Positions 25,166 through 40,093 of a stretch of 64,000 nt of DNA are shown in pieces. Below the pieces are notes generated by a model. The model searched no databases. It saw only the letters and a list, made by a program, of their open reading frames with translations, and was not told where the DNA came from. The stretch is from NCBI GenBank assembly GCA_010093705.1, contig MU006096.1, forward strand, positions 456,004 to 520,003, written 5' to 3'. The translations under genes and the position numbers were made by a program. The DNA comes from Patellaria atrata CBS 101060. Its lineage: Eukaryota. Each line of letters opens with the position of its first letter. Position 1 is the first letter of the stretch.

Positions 25166-27555
25166 ATGGGTATCTCAGGTTGGTATTTTTGTGTTCTATG
25201 CACGAAATATTCTCCATACTAATACTCGATCTAGGCCTCCTCCCTCTGTTGAAGTCCATACACAAACCATGTAATCTCAAAAAGTTCGCAGGCCAAGTTA
25301 TTGGTGTGGACGCTTACGGATGGCTCCATCGTGGCACTGTTTCTTGCGCGATTGACCTGGCTTTGGGTAAGCCGACAACCAAATATGTCGAATTTGCTAT
25401 GAGCCGTGTCCGGATGCTTCTCCATTTTGGGATCAAACCATACTTAGTCTTCGACGGTGACTATCTTCCAAGTAAGGGCGGAACAGAGAAAGAGAGAGCA
25501 ACGAGGAGAAACGAGAGTAAGAAGCTAGGACTTGAACTCTTGAAACTGGGAAAGACGTCCCAAGCTCATCTTGAGTTGCAGAAAGCCGTAGATGTGACCC
25601 CAGAAATGGCCAGGCTGTTGATTGAAGAGTTGAAGAATGCAAAGATTGATTACGTTGTTGCTCCATACGAAGCTGATTCGCAGCTGGCTTATCTCGAGAA
25701 GAAGGGTATCGTTCAGGGTGTCTTGTCTGAGGACTCTGATCTACTGGTGTTTGGAGTTAAATGCCTGCTTACGAAACTCGACCAGTATGGTGAATGTGTC
25801 ATGATCAACCGAAACGACTTTACGGCATGTCGAGAAATTAGCTTACACGGCTGGTCTGATACTGAGTTTAGACGTATGACTATCCTGAGCGGATGCGACT
25901 ATCTTCCAGGTCTTAGTGGGATGGGCTTGAAAACAGCGTACAGGATGATGCGCAAGTACAATAAGAATCTGGACCGTCTAATTCGTGCAGTCCAGTTTGA
26001 TGGTAAGCATAAAGTACCCCCTGGATATCTGGAAGCATTCGAACAAGCAGAGAAGACCTTCCTTCACCAATGGGTATTTTGCCCCATAGCTCAAGGGTTA
26101 GTCCATCTAACTGACCTGGAAGCCGGAACAGACGTTAAGGACATGCCATATATCGGTCAGCATGTCGAGTCTCTGGTAGCTGTTGGAGTCTCTACCGGAG
26201 ATCTGCATCCTCACTCGAAGCAAAAGATCAACATTACGGTACCTAATCGAATACCGCACGTAGAACTTGCTGGGCGCTCCATCAAACAGGCCATGACAAA
26301 CTCGACTCATGATTTGAAGGGAAATAAGCCCATAGATGCTTTCTTCAGACCACGTCGCATACCGTTAGCTGAACTCAATCCGAATGCATTCACCCCTTCA
26401 CCAAGTCAACAGAGGCTCTATCAATACACCTCCGTAGCTTGGTCCGCTAGTCCTGCACCAACTCGTGCTCACAGCATTTCAGGAGCCCCATTACCCTCAT
26501 CTGCTCCACGTCTTTCGCGAAGAGCTGTCTCAGACTCATCTACTAGCTCTTCCCTCCTGCACCCCCCAAAACGTCAGAGGCTATGTTCCGACAGTACACC
26601 CGATGTGATTTCCGGTATCCCGAGCGACTATGGGCCTAGCACCAGCCCTTTCTTCGCGAACGCATCGGTTGATCCTAGCCCGTCAGTTCGCAGAAGTAAG
26701 AATAGAAAGACATCGGAGTCTGAATTCAATCTTTGGTCCGACGACTCCATGGAAGAGGCAATGGCCACGCTTCCTAATACCGCAGAGGGTTTTGTCATAC
26801 CTAGAAAGAAGAAGGTAGCCGTGTTCGTCGATGAGGCGATTCTTGCTCTATCGCAAGCTAGTACGCTTGATCAAGAGGCCTCGCAATCCACAATATCGTC
26901 CAGAACCACTTCCCTCAATTCGCAGGCAAGTATTACCACGGTCGATTCTATGGGTTCATTCGAGAGTCAAATAAGCCGAGGGGAACCACTCTGTATATCC
27001 TCATCACAGATTTCAAGGAGGTTCTCTTACGAACTCAAGCCCCATTCTACCCCTGAACCCGTTCCCCCTAAGTCGCGGAAATCCTTACCAATTTCCCGTC
27101 TCTCGCAGCCGATGGCACCTCTCAGCCATACCAGGGGCGCTTCATGGGCTCGCGCAACATCCTCTACTACGTCATCGCGCGCCAAAGCTGTGGTTCCTTG
27201 GGCAACATCCCAAAAGCGGAAGTCGTCAGCAGCATTATCAGTAGCGGCTACGCAGTCATACGAGCCACCCCCATCCCCAGCCCAGAACGATGACGACGTC
27301 ATCGAGGACGAAGCCTTCCATATCATGGAAACAGAAGGTGTGGTTCCCAGGAGTGACCCTCCTGAGACCCCGTACTCCCCTAGCAGGGTTTACAAAACTC
27401 TGCAAAAGGCCTTGCCGGTACTTCTTCAAGAGAGAAGTCCTCACCGTGCCAAAGGAAGCGAGGATTTGCTGGTACCGGATAGCGAGGCGGAGGATGAGGG
27501 TGAGGAGAAGAGGCCTATGGCCGATTTGAGCAGATTTGCTTTTGGAGGCAAGTAG
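25166..27555 (+). CDS. EXO1: Exonuclease 1 (XPG/Rad2 family)
   Basis: MGIS|GLLPLLKSI, GVDAYGWLHRG, VAPYEADSQLAYL, SEDSDLLVFG and SGCDYL. Confidence 0.95.
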
Positions 27556-28159
27556 TTTGTTGAGCATACAGTACGAAAAGAGTGTGTACAGTTTATTTGA
27601 GCGGCATGGTACGGTGTTATGGCGTATCAGGCTTCGTCTAGTGTTTTGTATTATTTGGATTCTTGTTGTTTCAAAGGGTTGGTATGCATAGGGTGGAGTT
27701 AATAGATTTGCTATATTAAAAGTAGGCAGGTCAATACACATTCAATTTTCTAGACTTGATCTTTCTGTCCCGGTTCTAAAAAATTAGGTATTGCAAACAT
27801 CCTTTCCCCCGATTATAGTATTCCTCACCTACTGTAAGATACGCTCACATAAGAGCGTCCGACTCACTATACAAGAGTCGATAGTGTACGATGAAGCCCT
27901 AAAGGTACCTAGGACACAACCGCATAGACAAGGAAAACGCACTTTGGGTACCAAAATTGATTCGCACTTTCCGCAAGAGAAGAGATCTAGAGTGCCATAT
28001 CAAGTCCTTCTCTCAGCGCTTTTCCGGCTCCAACCACCCCCTTGAATGTCAAAAGCTCAAATTCATGAAAGACAGATAACCACCCACGCTTGAAAATGCA
28101 GTTCAAGCCAAATACACGAAACCAAGCAAGCAAAGAGTATGACCGCAAAAGAGAAATCT

Positions 28160-31100
28160 TTAAGCCAACATCTCTCCCACGCCCGCCAACTGCGGACTCC
28201 CACCCCTCACGATTCTCGGCTGCTCTTGCACCTCCATATACTGTTCCTGGACCGCACTCTTCTTTCTCGGCTCTGCCCTCTCGATCTTGCCCTGCTCATG
28301 TATACTCACGCCCCTAACACCCTGAAGCAGATCCAGCACAATAGCCCTATGCTGCCGATCCCCCCCCTGCTGCATGATCAGGCTTATCGCCTTATCCACC
28401 TTGTCCGGGCGGTTTCCAAGCCCGGGTAAGGACAAGATAACTTCGCGCGGGAGTTCCTGGTCGAGGCGGATGATATGAGCGATCATGCCAGCTAAGTCTT
28501 TTTGTACGTCGACGAAGTAGGGTTCGTGCAGCGAGGTGATTGCCGCTTTAAGAATGTCGACGCATATGAAGTCGCGGATCGCGGACTTCTCTTTGAAGTG
28601 CGGGAAGGTGCAGCGGAAGATTTTGACGACGAGGCCGACGCAGCGGCTGTCGCGGACTCGCAGGGTGTTGGTGCAAAATATGAGGACGGGCTCGAGGATG
28701 GTTGGGCAGAAGAGGATGAAGCGCCACATGATTTCTTCTTTAGGTTGTGAGGGGTGGGTGTGTTTACTTGTGGGTTCTAGGAAGGGGTTATGGACGGACC
28801 GGGGAAGGGGAATGGAGTTATACGAACCTTGACGTTGGTAGTCGAGTAATGAAGCTACGAGAGTGACGGTGGCATATGTAAGTTGCCGTAGTATGCTTTC
28901 GGTTTTCATCTCCTCTCCTAGGTTGTCGTCCTCGTTCGCTTCGCTAATTTTCTTGTTGTTCGCAGCCCATTCCGCGGTGATTTTACTATCCAAAACTCTA
29001 AAGAGGCTAGAGACGAAAGCTGGTAAGAAATGACCCCGTTGATTTGGTGGACATTCTTCGATTAGATGCGTAGCAACACTCAACAGAACAGAGACGTGGT
29101 GTGCAGAAAGAGCATGCGCATTAGCAAAGAGAGACTCACTGAGCGGGCCAGGGAGATCCGTGAATCCGTAAAACCGATCCTTGAACCGTGTCAATCCGTA
29201 GAGAATGTGATACGTTCCCTCGCGAATTTGCCTCATGGTTCCTCGTACTGTCGACGCATATCCTTCGAAGGTTGTCTTCGAGTTGTTAACTCTGGCAAAG
29301 AAGTCGTCCTTACTCTCTCTCGAGATCCCAGCTTGCCAGAACCGGTCAGTGAGGAGACGTTTTACAACAAGTTGTAGCTCGTGAGGTAAGTTGGGCCAGC
29401 TTTCAGGATTGTTGAACGCTTGGGCATATCTAGGATAGAATTAACACTGTCAACTGGTTATAGTCTGTGAAAACATACTTGACGAGTTGCAGCAGATTAG
29501 GTAACATGATGGGAATGATATCAGCCCAGAGAGCGGAAGACATCTCCAATGCAGGGGAACAATCATCAACTTTCTCCGTTGCACCAGCAAGAAGAGTCCG
29601 TGTAATACGTAAAGGAAGTTGCTAGCGAGGTCAGTAAGATTCAGTCTTGTGTTAGAATACATATTTACCTGACAGCGACTGAGGATGTCAGCCTGCATAT
29701 CTTGACCTTCCTTGTCGAGTTCTTGAGTAGACCAGTCCTCAATTCTATGGAACTGACGGGAAGAGAGAAATTCTCGTAGATGTGACAGTCCAAGTGTTTC
29801 TAGAAATGCTTCGAAGGACGATAGCGATCTTTCCAATTCGGGGGTTTGCCATGCCTCTTTCACCGGCCTTAGTATCTCTGCTAAACGTGTCATCTGGACT
29901 GATCGATCGAGTGATGTCGATCGATGGCTAGATATTGTTAGTATTTGTATTCCAGATAAGTTCACGTGCTTACATGATAATATATAAGACCGCCATATAT
30001 CCAAACCTCAACTTGTCGTCTGTAGGTCTCGAAGTAAGTACTTCAGTGATCTTTCGTTCAAGTTCATCATATATACTCTATGGAGTGTTAGACCTGAATT
30101 ATTGATTTCTCAATGGTAACTTACTAGGAAATAATTCGCAAAGACTATGGCGAGACGTTGCATCTCCAGGGCGTTCGCCTGTTCCATGCTCTTGACTGCT
30201 TCTGAGTACTGCGCGTGAGCAGGAATATCCATATCAGGAAAGTCAAGCATGTATTTGACGAGGGTTATAGCGAAACTCGGTCGATCGTTGAGAGCTTTGG
30301 TTGAAAAAGTGACCATCAATTGGACCATCTTCTTAGCTATCTCAGGATCCTGTACATAAAATAAGCCCTTAGCCCTACAATGAATAAGAACGCACTATAC
30401 CTCAAATCGAATCTCTAAAATTGACATACACCATGATTGAAAATGATCTTGAGCTGCGGTCCGATTCCGCTCCTGGTATGATATCAGCACTTTGTCACTT
30501 CAGACTTTATCCCGTAAACTCACATCTTCCTGTGGATCTCCGCCTTGAGAAGCTAGCCATTTCAGATAGCCTCGAAGTGAGGACTCAATGACGGATATCT
30601 GGGCGTCGACTCGGAGAACAGGGATAGCGTTCTTAGAGAAATCTTGGGCTGTTTAAGGTCAGCGGTACGCCTAAGTTGAAGGAGGATTCGAAATTTTCCA
30701 CGAACCCTGGAAGGGAGGCAATTCTCCGTAAATATTCTTCAAAAGTGCTTTAGCCTGACCAAGTATATGTTGTAAAGCTTCGAAAGGGGCTCTCCGAGTG
30801 ATTATTTCAACGATATCTACGCAGTATCTACGATAATTTCCTAAAAATGCATGTTTCTCTGGCAGAGTATCGAAGTCCTCGTTCAAGAATAAGGAGATGT
30901 TATCATCAGAGTTTTCCGGTAAGTTTTCGTACCGCACCAGTCTCTGGCTGCATAGTTCCAACATGCCCCCAAGAAATTGAGTTACAGCATCTTTTACATC
31001 TCGATGCTTAAGAAGTTTGGTCCACGTATGCAATATTGGGATGGATATCACAAGGCTTGGGTCTTTCAAAACGGTGAAAAGTAGCTCCATGAGTCCACGC

Positions 31101-32362
31101 AAGTCGTGTCCCGTAGGAATGAGCTGAGACTTTGCTTCTGCATAATTACCCAAATTTGAGAGTAGCTGAACATATTAGTACCAATCCGCTCGGCATGTCC
31201 CGAATGAAAAAAAATCAAAACGACTCACCTCTGAGAGCTTCTTACTAAGAGCGTATTTCTCATCGTCTAAATCATGTATGTCTACACGAGCCCACGAATA
31301 AAGTTCCGAGAGTAGCGTAATGCAGTTGGGAGTGTACATTGGGCAAATTATCTCAACAAATTCATCATCTTGAAGATGTGCCCTGCCCGTTATAGTGTAC
31401 AGCGCCTCCACGGCCGCCTAGATAGCTAGGTTAATTCAAGAGTAAGCTGCGCAAGGAAGAATCAACAGTACCTTTTGTAGCGGAACGGTAGTTGTAGCGA
31501 GAGCTTTGAAAATATGCTCGACACATTGTGTCGCATGAATGGCTTTTGGAGTTATCCAGACCAAAGTAGCCCTGAGCGCTGAAAGCACCTTGATAGCGCA
31601 GGTCCTGATGCGTTCGTCTTTACTATAGTCGTTCGACAGACACCAGTCTAACCGAACACAAAGCCTACGCATCCACCCTTCATCAGCATGCCTTACGTTG
31701 ACGGAAGTGTCTCTAGTTGGGAAAAACTCTACGAGTACGGAAGTTGGCGTGAATATCTCTACACATGCTTTCCCTAATTCGTTTCCCCTCAATATAGCAG
31801 TCGGATCCTCTCTAGTAAACACCTCTTCTGATAGCGATTCCAGGACGTAAAGAACGATGCCTTGTTGCTCGAGAGACGTATTCCACAACGTCACTAGCAT
31901 TTCATCCATGTCCATCCACTCTGCACCCCAACATCTCTTTGCTATTTCAGTCCATAACTGAGCAATCTTGTTCCGCAGATAAAGAGGTTCTTTTTCGTCG
32001 ACAGATCGAGCGAGCTCTGTGACACACTTCCGTAGAATGGACTGTTGCTCCACCAAAAAGTCCTCCCATCCATACTTTATAGCATATTCAAGCATGGATA
32101 GCCCAAAGTGACGGAGAGGGGCAGGTTGGACCTTGTCACGGGCCAACGTGAAGCCATGACTAGGAGCCTCCGGCGACTTCTTTGCTTCCTCTAAATAGTG
32201 TGATGCGTTCTGGCGGATAGTATTTGACGATCGAGGGTCATAAATTGCTTGTAAGGCTTGGAGAATCTTTAATAAATCTTCAGGGTCAGGATCGGGTTTG
32301 CCATTTAGACGCCCGTTAGATTGATGACCAGGCTGTAGTGTGGTTGTCCCAGCCTGATCCAT
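28160..32362 (-). CDS. MSN5: Exportin-5/Msn5 karyopherin, multi-exon
   Basis: ALQAIYDPRSSN..RQNASHYLE, RHFGLSMLE, FDTLPEKHAFLGNYRR, EEMKTESILRQLT and AAITSLHEPYFVDVQKDL. Confidence 0.9.
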
Positions 32363-33010
32363 ATTTCAGAGAAGGCAAATTTGCGAGAAGCTGTACATGT
32401 ATGTCAGAAATCATATAAAGATTCTAAGGAGGTAGGGTGCTGAAAAGTTGTGTATGTTTGTTACCTTTATCTTACGGTTGAACAGTGCAAGGGAAATTGT
32501 GACAGCCGACAAGTCATCGACTACCGCATAGCACGAGCGCGCAGGTAAGGACGTTTGCTGCGAGCCATAATTATGGTAACAAAGTCGATTGAACATTTTG
32601 TGAAGGAAATGTTGGATGCAACACTGGCTTTGGGGCTTCCTTGGCCTTTATCTTTCACAAATACCTCATTATCAAGTTAATGCACCGTGGCTCCATAACG
32701 CCGCACAAGAATCGATACCAGCAGACGCGCGCTTCGCCTGATTCGACGCGCTGTCACCTGCTTTAAAGTATTGACCGATGACGATGTCCACATCATTTCA
32801 TTACCCGTCCGCTTTGCCAAATAGTATCATATACGGAGTATGTATGTACTGTACAGTGAAATGCCCAAAAGAAAATGTACACGTGTAAATGATTTCCGCT
32901 TAATGCAATGTTCAACAATCGATACGCCCCCCTAAATAAGCAAAGCTGTGTGCTAACAACGCTGAGCTATATCTGTACACGTCTCCCTAAGGTAGACTCA
33001 CCTACACCAC

Positions 33011-35457
33011 CTACATAACGGTACAAGTCCTTTGCTGGCACTGCTCAAGATAACCCTCTTCTTCGTCTGCGGGTAATAGGGAGCCTTGTTTTCGTTTGAC
33101 ACCTTTTATGGTGATGCTCTGGCTTCCTTCGGCATGCCACCATCTTAGTCTTTGTTGGACCGCTTCCCCTTCCTCATCCGTACTGATCTTCCATTTACCG
33201 CCGCTGACCTCAACGGTAGTTGCACCCTGAGGAAAGTGGTACTCGGGAAGAAACACTTCAGTGGGCGCCTCTTCTTTCGTCGAGGACTGGGCGGATAGCG
33301 ACAATGTAAAGGTGCAGTTGCGAAGGTCAAACCCGTAGGAAACCACATCGCCATGTGTTGCTATGGGTGTAGGTCGTACATAGGCTTCAGCTGCTCTGAA
33401 GCCTACTTGGTCTGGTTTATCACCCGCATCAACATTGGAAGACGAAACCATGTTATCCGAAGATAAGGTCTGTTTCAGATTCGAAGGTGAAACGCTTGAG
33501 GTCTCCGATAACTGACTACGAGAGTAAGATGGAGATTCAGTGATAAAAGACGCGGTCGACTCGTTGTTTGGGAACGATACTGGTAATGGTGGATCGTCTA
33601 GGGAAAATATAGACAAATCCTCGCCGTTCCATTGATCCCCCCAGTTATGAACATTCTGTTTTTCTTGTTAGAGGGGCTGCGTCTTGTATCGCTACTGTAC
33701 TCACGCTAGCAACATATGTCCAGAGGGTGTATCCATTGGCCTTGCTGCCTTCAATAGCAAAATGATTGGCATCCATCGCAGCAATTTGGCTGCTATAGTT
33801 ACCAGTCTTATAGGCATATTTATCATCCATGTCATAGGGAATACCGATTTCTGTGAATATGCATGGATGTTCTCCCATATAATCGACGCCTTCTTGCCGA
33901 ATCGCAGATAACTGATCTCGGAAACAGTTTCGAATCGCCGTTTCACCTATCTTGATCGCAAATGCTGGTGTAAGATACTTGCCTCTCAGAACCCCAAAAA
34001 CATCTATGTTCCATATGCGGTTCCTAGGTGTCGGTTAGTGAAACTACGAGTCTACTGCGCTGACTTGTATGAACTTACCACTTTTTCGTGAGTAAGGTTA
34101 TTCCGTCATAGAAATGTGCAGCAAAGACCATATTCGGATCATCATCTTCAGTGTCTTTGGTGCTTGGTGGAATTTCCAGGACTGGTGGTTGAAATAACAT
34201 AATGGTTTTAGGAAAGACTTGTCTGACCATAGATTTGTACTTGCGATAATAATCTAGGAACCAGTTATTTGTGAAATACTCATAAGTTATAGTTTTTCCA
34301 GATCGCGGATCTTTTGCAAAATAACCCTTTTTGAGGAGCGTATCGGAGGATGGCTCCCATATTCCATGCTGAGCCCACAGACAATCCCCAAGCTTCCAAT
34401 CTGGGTCGCGTTTCCAACCATACTTCGTATCATCATAATCTTTCGGGAGCCATGCGGATTTCCCTTGAGGGTCTATAAGTGTACTTCCAGACTTATAGGG
34501 ACCCATACCACCGAAATCCCAGGTATCGATCTCGCATGCTCGGCCGGAACCAGTCAATATTGCTTGCCAGGCCGTTGGGGATGTCCCCTTCCGGAGCTTT
34601 TGTTCTCTTGGTACGAGAGTCAAGTCTTGCCATCCAATAAGTCCTCGGTTAGGCTCGTTCATACTCTCCCATCCAATAATCACATCGTTCTCGAGGCCAC
34701 CAGTTTCATATATACGTTTGGCTAGATGTTGCAGTGCACCGATATAATGATCTTGTAGATAATCCTGGATGTTTTTCCCATCTATAATCGCTTTCGGAGC
34801 AAAGTCCTTACCTCCAAAGAAAAGGGTGAAGATAGTCTGGCACGCGAGGCGCTGATAGTTCGTAGCCCATATCATCTTCGGGAAATTTTCGGGTTCAGGA
34901 TAAGTATTATGAACCAGAGCAGCTTCTGTAATGTCAAAAGCGCGTGGATTCAGTCCACAGGCATAAACAGTCCACATAGGTGCCCCTGAGCCACCTGTAA
35001 ATCTCGACCACTAGGCACAACGTCAGGAGATGGGTCAAAGCTTGTCAAATTCCGATGAATTGTGTTTACATACAACATCTTGATGAGGGTCCATGAAAAC
35101 ATAGAATCCATAATTCCTAGCAAGCCGTAGTATCGAGATTGTGTGCTGTATCCATTCCTCATCGTACTTCTTCGGTCCAGCTGCCTCAATTGCCTCCCAC
35201 GTAAAAACATAACGAATCATATTATATCCCCATCTTCTTAGCCTCGAGAAGTGTGTATGTGCATCATCCACGCTGAAAGGGCGTCCGACAAAAGAAACAT
35301 TATCACCATCGAAGAAGTCATCTAGGATGTGTGAGGGCTGATCCGGATTTGCGGGAAATTTGGCGTCTGCTGCAGCATTTATGCCATGTATGGTAACTTC
35401 TCGATTGTGACTATCTCTGAATATCCGACCCTCAATCCGAAGCTGTAGGGGTGCCAT
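33011..35457 (-). CDS. EGH1: GH5 endoglycoceramidase-related (steryl-beta-glucosidase, EGCrP2/Egh1-like)
   Basis: SFVGRPF, TWEAIE, MDPHQDV, the acid/base motif WESMNEP and the nucleophile motif FTEIGIPYD. Confidence 0.85.
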
Positions 35458-35923
35458 ATGGTACAGAAACAAAGGAGAATGCGAAAGCGTTGACACGGCT
35501 TTAGGTATCTAAACGCTGCGTTCGGGGGTAACGCTTGATATTACGGGTATAGGAACTATTTAGGACCACTTTTCTAGTTTGAAGATTACAGAAGCAGGTA
35601 TTGCTGGCGGACTGTGTATAAGAGTGAGGGAATAATGAAGAGGGCGTCATGCTCGCAAGGTCTACCGCGTGAGGCAAGAATTGTGTTTGGGGTGTTTGTT
35701 ACCGTCTGGCTTGGCAAAGTTGGCCTCTTTGTTCAAAGGTGGCATCATTTTGGGAACCATAGAACCCGCATCATACCTTCGACAGATTTGCCAGATGGCC
35801 TAATTCCACCGTACTTCTCGTCATATTTTAGATTTCATCGACGCTTTCCTCCCTTTCTTTTTTTCTTTTTTTCATCTCTCTCAAGATTAGTACAAAGGTT
35901 CCTGCACATTCCAAATTGGCGTC

Positions 35924-37557
35924 ATGATCATCCGGTCTTATCCCTTAGCTATAGGAGCTGCTCTCCTATATACAGCTCCTCTCGTTTCGGGCCTCTCTTG
36001 TGAGCCCTCTGCAGATGTACCTCTTTCACATCTAATCACGTCGGCCAATGCGAACCTAGCGGCCGGGAATGCTCAAGACGCACTCACCTGCTTCGATATC
36101 GCCGTTTCCCGAGATCCCCAGAGCTACCTCACATTGTTCAAGCGTGGCGCAACATACCTTTCTCTAGGGAGAACTACCCAGGCGTTACAAGACTTCGACA
36201 AGGCATTGGTGATCAAACCCGACTTCGAAGGAGCACTGCTGCAGAGAGCCAAACTCAAAAGCCGGGCCGGTGACTGGGTTGGAGCGAAAAGGGACTATAA
36301 AGCTGCTGGAAAAATCGATGGGCCAGAAATTGCGGAGATAGAAGAGGCGCAAGTAGCAGTGTCTCTCGCTGCGGAGGCTGAAAGAAACGGTGATTGGGAA
36401 AGATGCGTCACTCAGGCAGGGACGGCCATACTTGTCGCTGGCGGGGCGCTAGATATTCGAAGAACTCGGGCGAAATGCCGATTAGAGAAGGGAGAAGTAG
36501 CAGAGGCCCTCAATGATATTCAGCATGTGCTCCAGATGACGGGGTCGACCGAACCGCACCTCCAGATCTCTGCTATGATGTTCTATTCATTAGGAGAGAC
36601 GGATAAAGGTCTATCGCAAATCAGGAAGTGCCTTCAATCGGATCCTGATTCAAAAGTGTGCAGAAAACTCATGAGGTCAGAGAAAAGTGTGGATAAATCT
36701 TTGAAGAAAGTTAGAACATTTAGGGAGAAGAGACAGTTTAACAGCGCAGTGAAGTTGCTCATCCCTACAGGAGAGGAGCCTGGTTTGATTCAGGAGGTCA
36801 AGGATGAGGTCAAGTCCCTGCAAAAAGAAGGTTGGATCCACGATAAAGCTCCAAATGGGCTATTAGGCGATCTCTATGAAATGGCGTGTGAGGCATATGT
36901 TGAAGTAAGCCTCCGAGAGTATCAATAAAGCGCAAGAATCCACTGACACACTCCTAGATGAATAACCACAAACGAGCCGAACCCTGGTGCAACGAAGCAC
37001 TCACATACAATCCCACATGCCTTCATGCTCTACTGTCTAAGGCACAACGACAGATTGATGCGGACGATTTTGAGCCTGCAATCTCGACTTTGAACCAGGC
37101 GAAAGAGCATCATCAAAATGACCGAAAGATCCAAGAAATGCTCCAAAATGCCCATACTCTTCTAAAACGCTCGAAACAGAAGGACTATTATAAGGTCCTT
37201 GGTGTCTCTAGGGATGCGGATGAGAGGACTATTAAAAAGGCGTATAGAAATCTTTCGAAATTATTCCATCCCGATAAAGCTTCACAACAAGGGTTAAGCA
37301 AGGAAGAGTCGGAAAAGAAAATGGGCGCCATTAACGAAGCTTATGAGGTTCTCAAGGACCCTGAACTTAGAGCACGGTTCGACCGTGGTGATGACCCAAA
37401 TAATCCAGAGGGTCAGGGCAATCCCTTCCAAGGCTCACCGTTCGGTGGTGGTCAACAATTCTTCTTTCAACAGGGCGGGTTTTCAGGGGGAGGATTCCCA
37501 GGTGGTGGATTCCCAGGGGGTGGAGGAGGGAGTCAGTTCAAGTTCAACTTCGGTTGA
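35924..37557 (+). CDS. ER DnaJ co-chaperone with TPR repeats (P58IPK/DNAJC3/Jem1-like)
   Basis: Signal peptide, TPR helices, J-domain KDYYKVLGV...HPDK and a G/F-rich tail. One intron, 36905-36957. Confidence 0.9.
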
Positions 37558-38161
37558 GGGATGTCGCAATGTCTCTAACAGCATTAAAGGGTGTTTCGGA
37601 GTACTCTACCTAGTGGTGGCGTCTTTTGCATATACCTTATGTATTTCTAGACCAGAGAGCTCCCGTTGATATCCTCATCAAGGAGCCTAGTGAGAGAAAC
37701 AAAATTCTTAAGATTCAATCACTCTTCTACAACTCAGCTACTTCCAGGGCTGGAATTTGGGTTCTTTTGAGCAAGACTATCCTCTACATGGACGCGCCTA
37801 TGATTCAGACTACACGTTACCCCTGCATCTCAGTACGGTAGAGGGGTCCTTGGGTCCGATAGCCACTGTATCGACGTAGCTATCAGTGCTGTACACCTGA
37901 CCACGATGTCTCATACTGTAAACTTGAAGATTTATTACGAGAGATGGACGCACCGCTTGGGCGACAGCCTTGATCATACACCTATATCAAGCCCTATCAC
38001 TGCCCCGATGATAAGCACCTGATCAGGACTCATCCTCTAACCTTCTCACTGAATACCTTCATCTCAACCCAACATTCTTTGTGCATGAACTCGTCCATAT
38101 CATTATCGAGCAATATACTATAGTATTAGAGACCTGTTAGTCCAGCTCACTGCTCTACGCA

Positions 38162-39632
38162 ATGGCGTTACCAGCGCAGAACCTCCACGAAGGCCGCGTC
38201 CTCCCTAACGGCGCGTTTGAGTATCTCTCCAGAATAGCTTCATCTCTTCCCTCTATACAATCGTTCAGTAAGCTCGCCTTCGGCGGGGCTCAGGTACTCC
38301 TGGGTTCCGAGACCCAAGTTCCCCTGGGCCGCTCTTCAGGCTACAGCTGCCCACACCCACAGTTAAGCTGTCACAACACGAGCGTGGTGGAAAATACATG
38401 CTGCTTCAACTATCCAGGGGGTCAGATGCTCCAGACCCAGTTCTGGGATACACATCCGGTAACGGGACCGGTCGATTCATGGACGGTGCATGGATTGTGG
38501 TATGTGTGATCGGACCAGGCTAAAAGAGCTCTACGGTCGTGTTGCCCCTTGTGTTAATGATGATATAGGCCAGATAAATGCGACGGCACCTACGAAGCGA
38601 ACTGCGATTCTTCACGCGCTTACGGGAACATATCTGCTATCTTGACTTCATTCAACAAGACCGAGCTTGTGTCATATATGCGCACCTACTGGAAGGACTA
38701 CAAGGGTAACGATGATGATCTATGGAAACACGAATGGAGTAAGCACGGCACATGCGTGTCGACGCTCGAGACGAAATGCTTTACCGACTACACAGCAACG
38801 GAAGAAGTGGTGGATTACTTCGAAAAGACTATCGAACTATTCAAGAAGTTACCCTCTTATGAGGTTCGTGACCTTCCTTTACTTTCCTACTCCCACTTGT
38901 GTTCCTCCTCTAACTCTATTACAGTGGCTCGCCTCATTTGACATCGTCCCCTCTTATACCCGCACATACGATCGCCGCGCCATACAAGAAGCCCTGAGCA
39001 CCCACCACGGCGCTCCTGTGACCCTTGGCTGCCGCTACGGTGCTCTTCAAGAGATCTGGTATCATTACGCTGTACGTGGCTCTTTACAATCCGGTATGTT
39101 TGTGCCCGAATTACCGGATGGAATGAAGTCTACCTGTCCACAAACCGGAATCCGGTACCTCCCTAAGAGCCATGACAGACCAGGACGGCCAACAGGTACT
39201 ACAACAACTACCGGAGCATTACCCACAGGGACCGGCGGTGCGTTTGAAGGGCGGGGGATCCTGAACGTGGAGATGGCATCTGGCGGGGAGAAAGGCTGCA
39301 TCATCAGCAAAGGGACATGGTACACTGGCGGACGATGTGCCACCTTCAAAGCGGAAAAAAAAAGCCGTGGTGATGGTAGCAGGAATGACGACGATGATAA
39401 CGAGCGCGGGTTCACCCTGTCCTCTCGTCGTGGCAAATGTGGTATCGCGCATTCCGCACTTGTCTGTGGACCCGGCGTTTCCGCCACACGCTTCACCAAT
39501 AAAGGAGGTCTTTTAGCGGTAGAAGGTAACACGACATTCTATGCGGAAGAGGTTCCAAGGCATTCTGTGCAGGAGAAAGTATTCACGGATGAAAGAGACC
39601 AAGAATTAGGAATCCGGTGGAAGGGGGTATGA
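38162..39632 (+). CDS. RNY1: Ribonuclease T2 with fungal C-terminal extension
   Basis: CAS I WTVHGLW|PD, CAS II LWKHEWSKHGTC, and TQFWDT. Confidence 0.9.
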
Positions 39633-40093
39633 TTTCCAAGTGAGTATATTACTGATCTGGTGATGAAGAGGTACGTTTAGATCTACAGCCGTCTGAGATT
39701 GGTAATATTGTGACAGGGGAGTTGATACGATGCATTTCAGTTTTGGCAGTGCGGCACTAGTATAATTATACAATTTTGACTGCAATGTCTCCTTCTCTTG
39801 GGTCAGAACTACAAACCAACCAGATCATAGAACCTCTTTTGTTTTTCATTTTCTATGAAGTTCATTCTTCTTCCCTACGATAATAATATGTTCTGGGTAA
39901 AAGCCCAAAGTGCTAACACCCCTCATTCCTCAGGAAATATGCCACCAATCAGAACCACAGAACCGAGTTTACGAGAAGATCACGGGGATGACGGGAGGTG
40001 ATGGATTGTCTCTCCTATATCTTCTCATCTCCTACACATTATGGATACTGTAGGTAACTCAGACGCTTCCGTTATACATCAATTCTCTCCAAA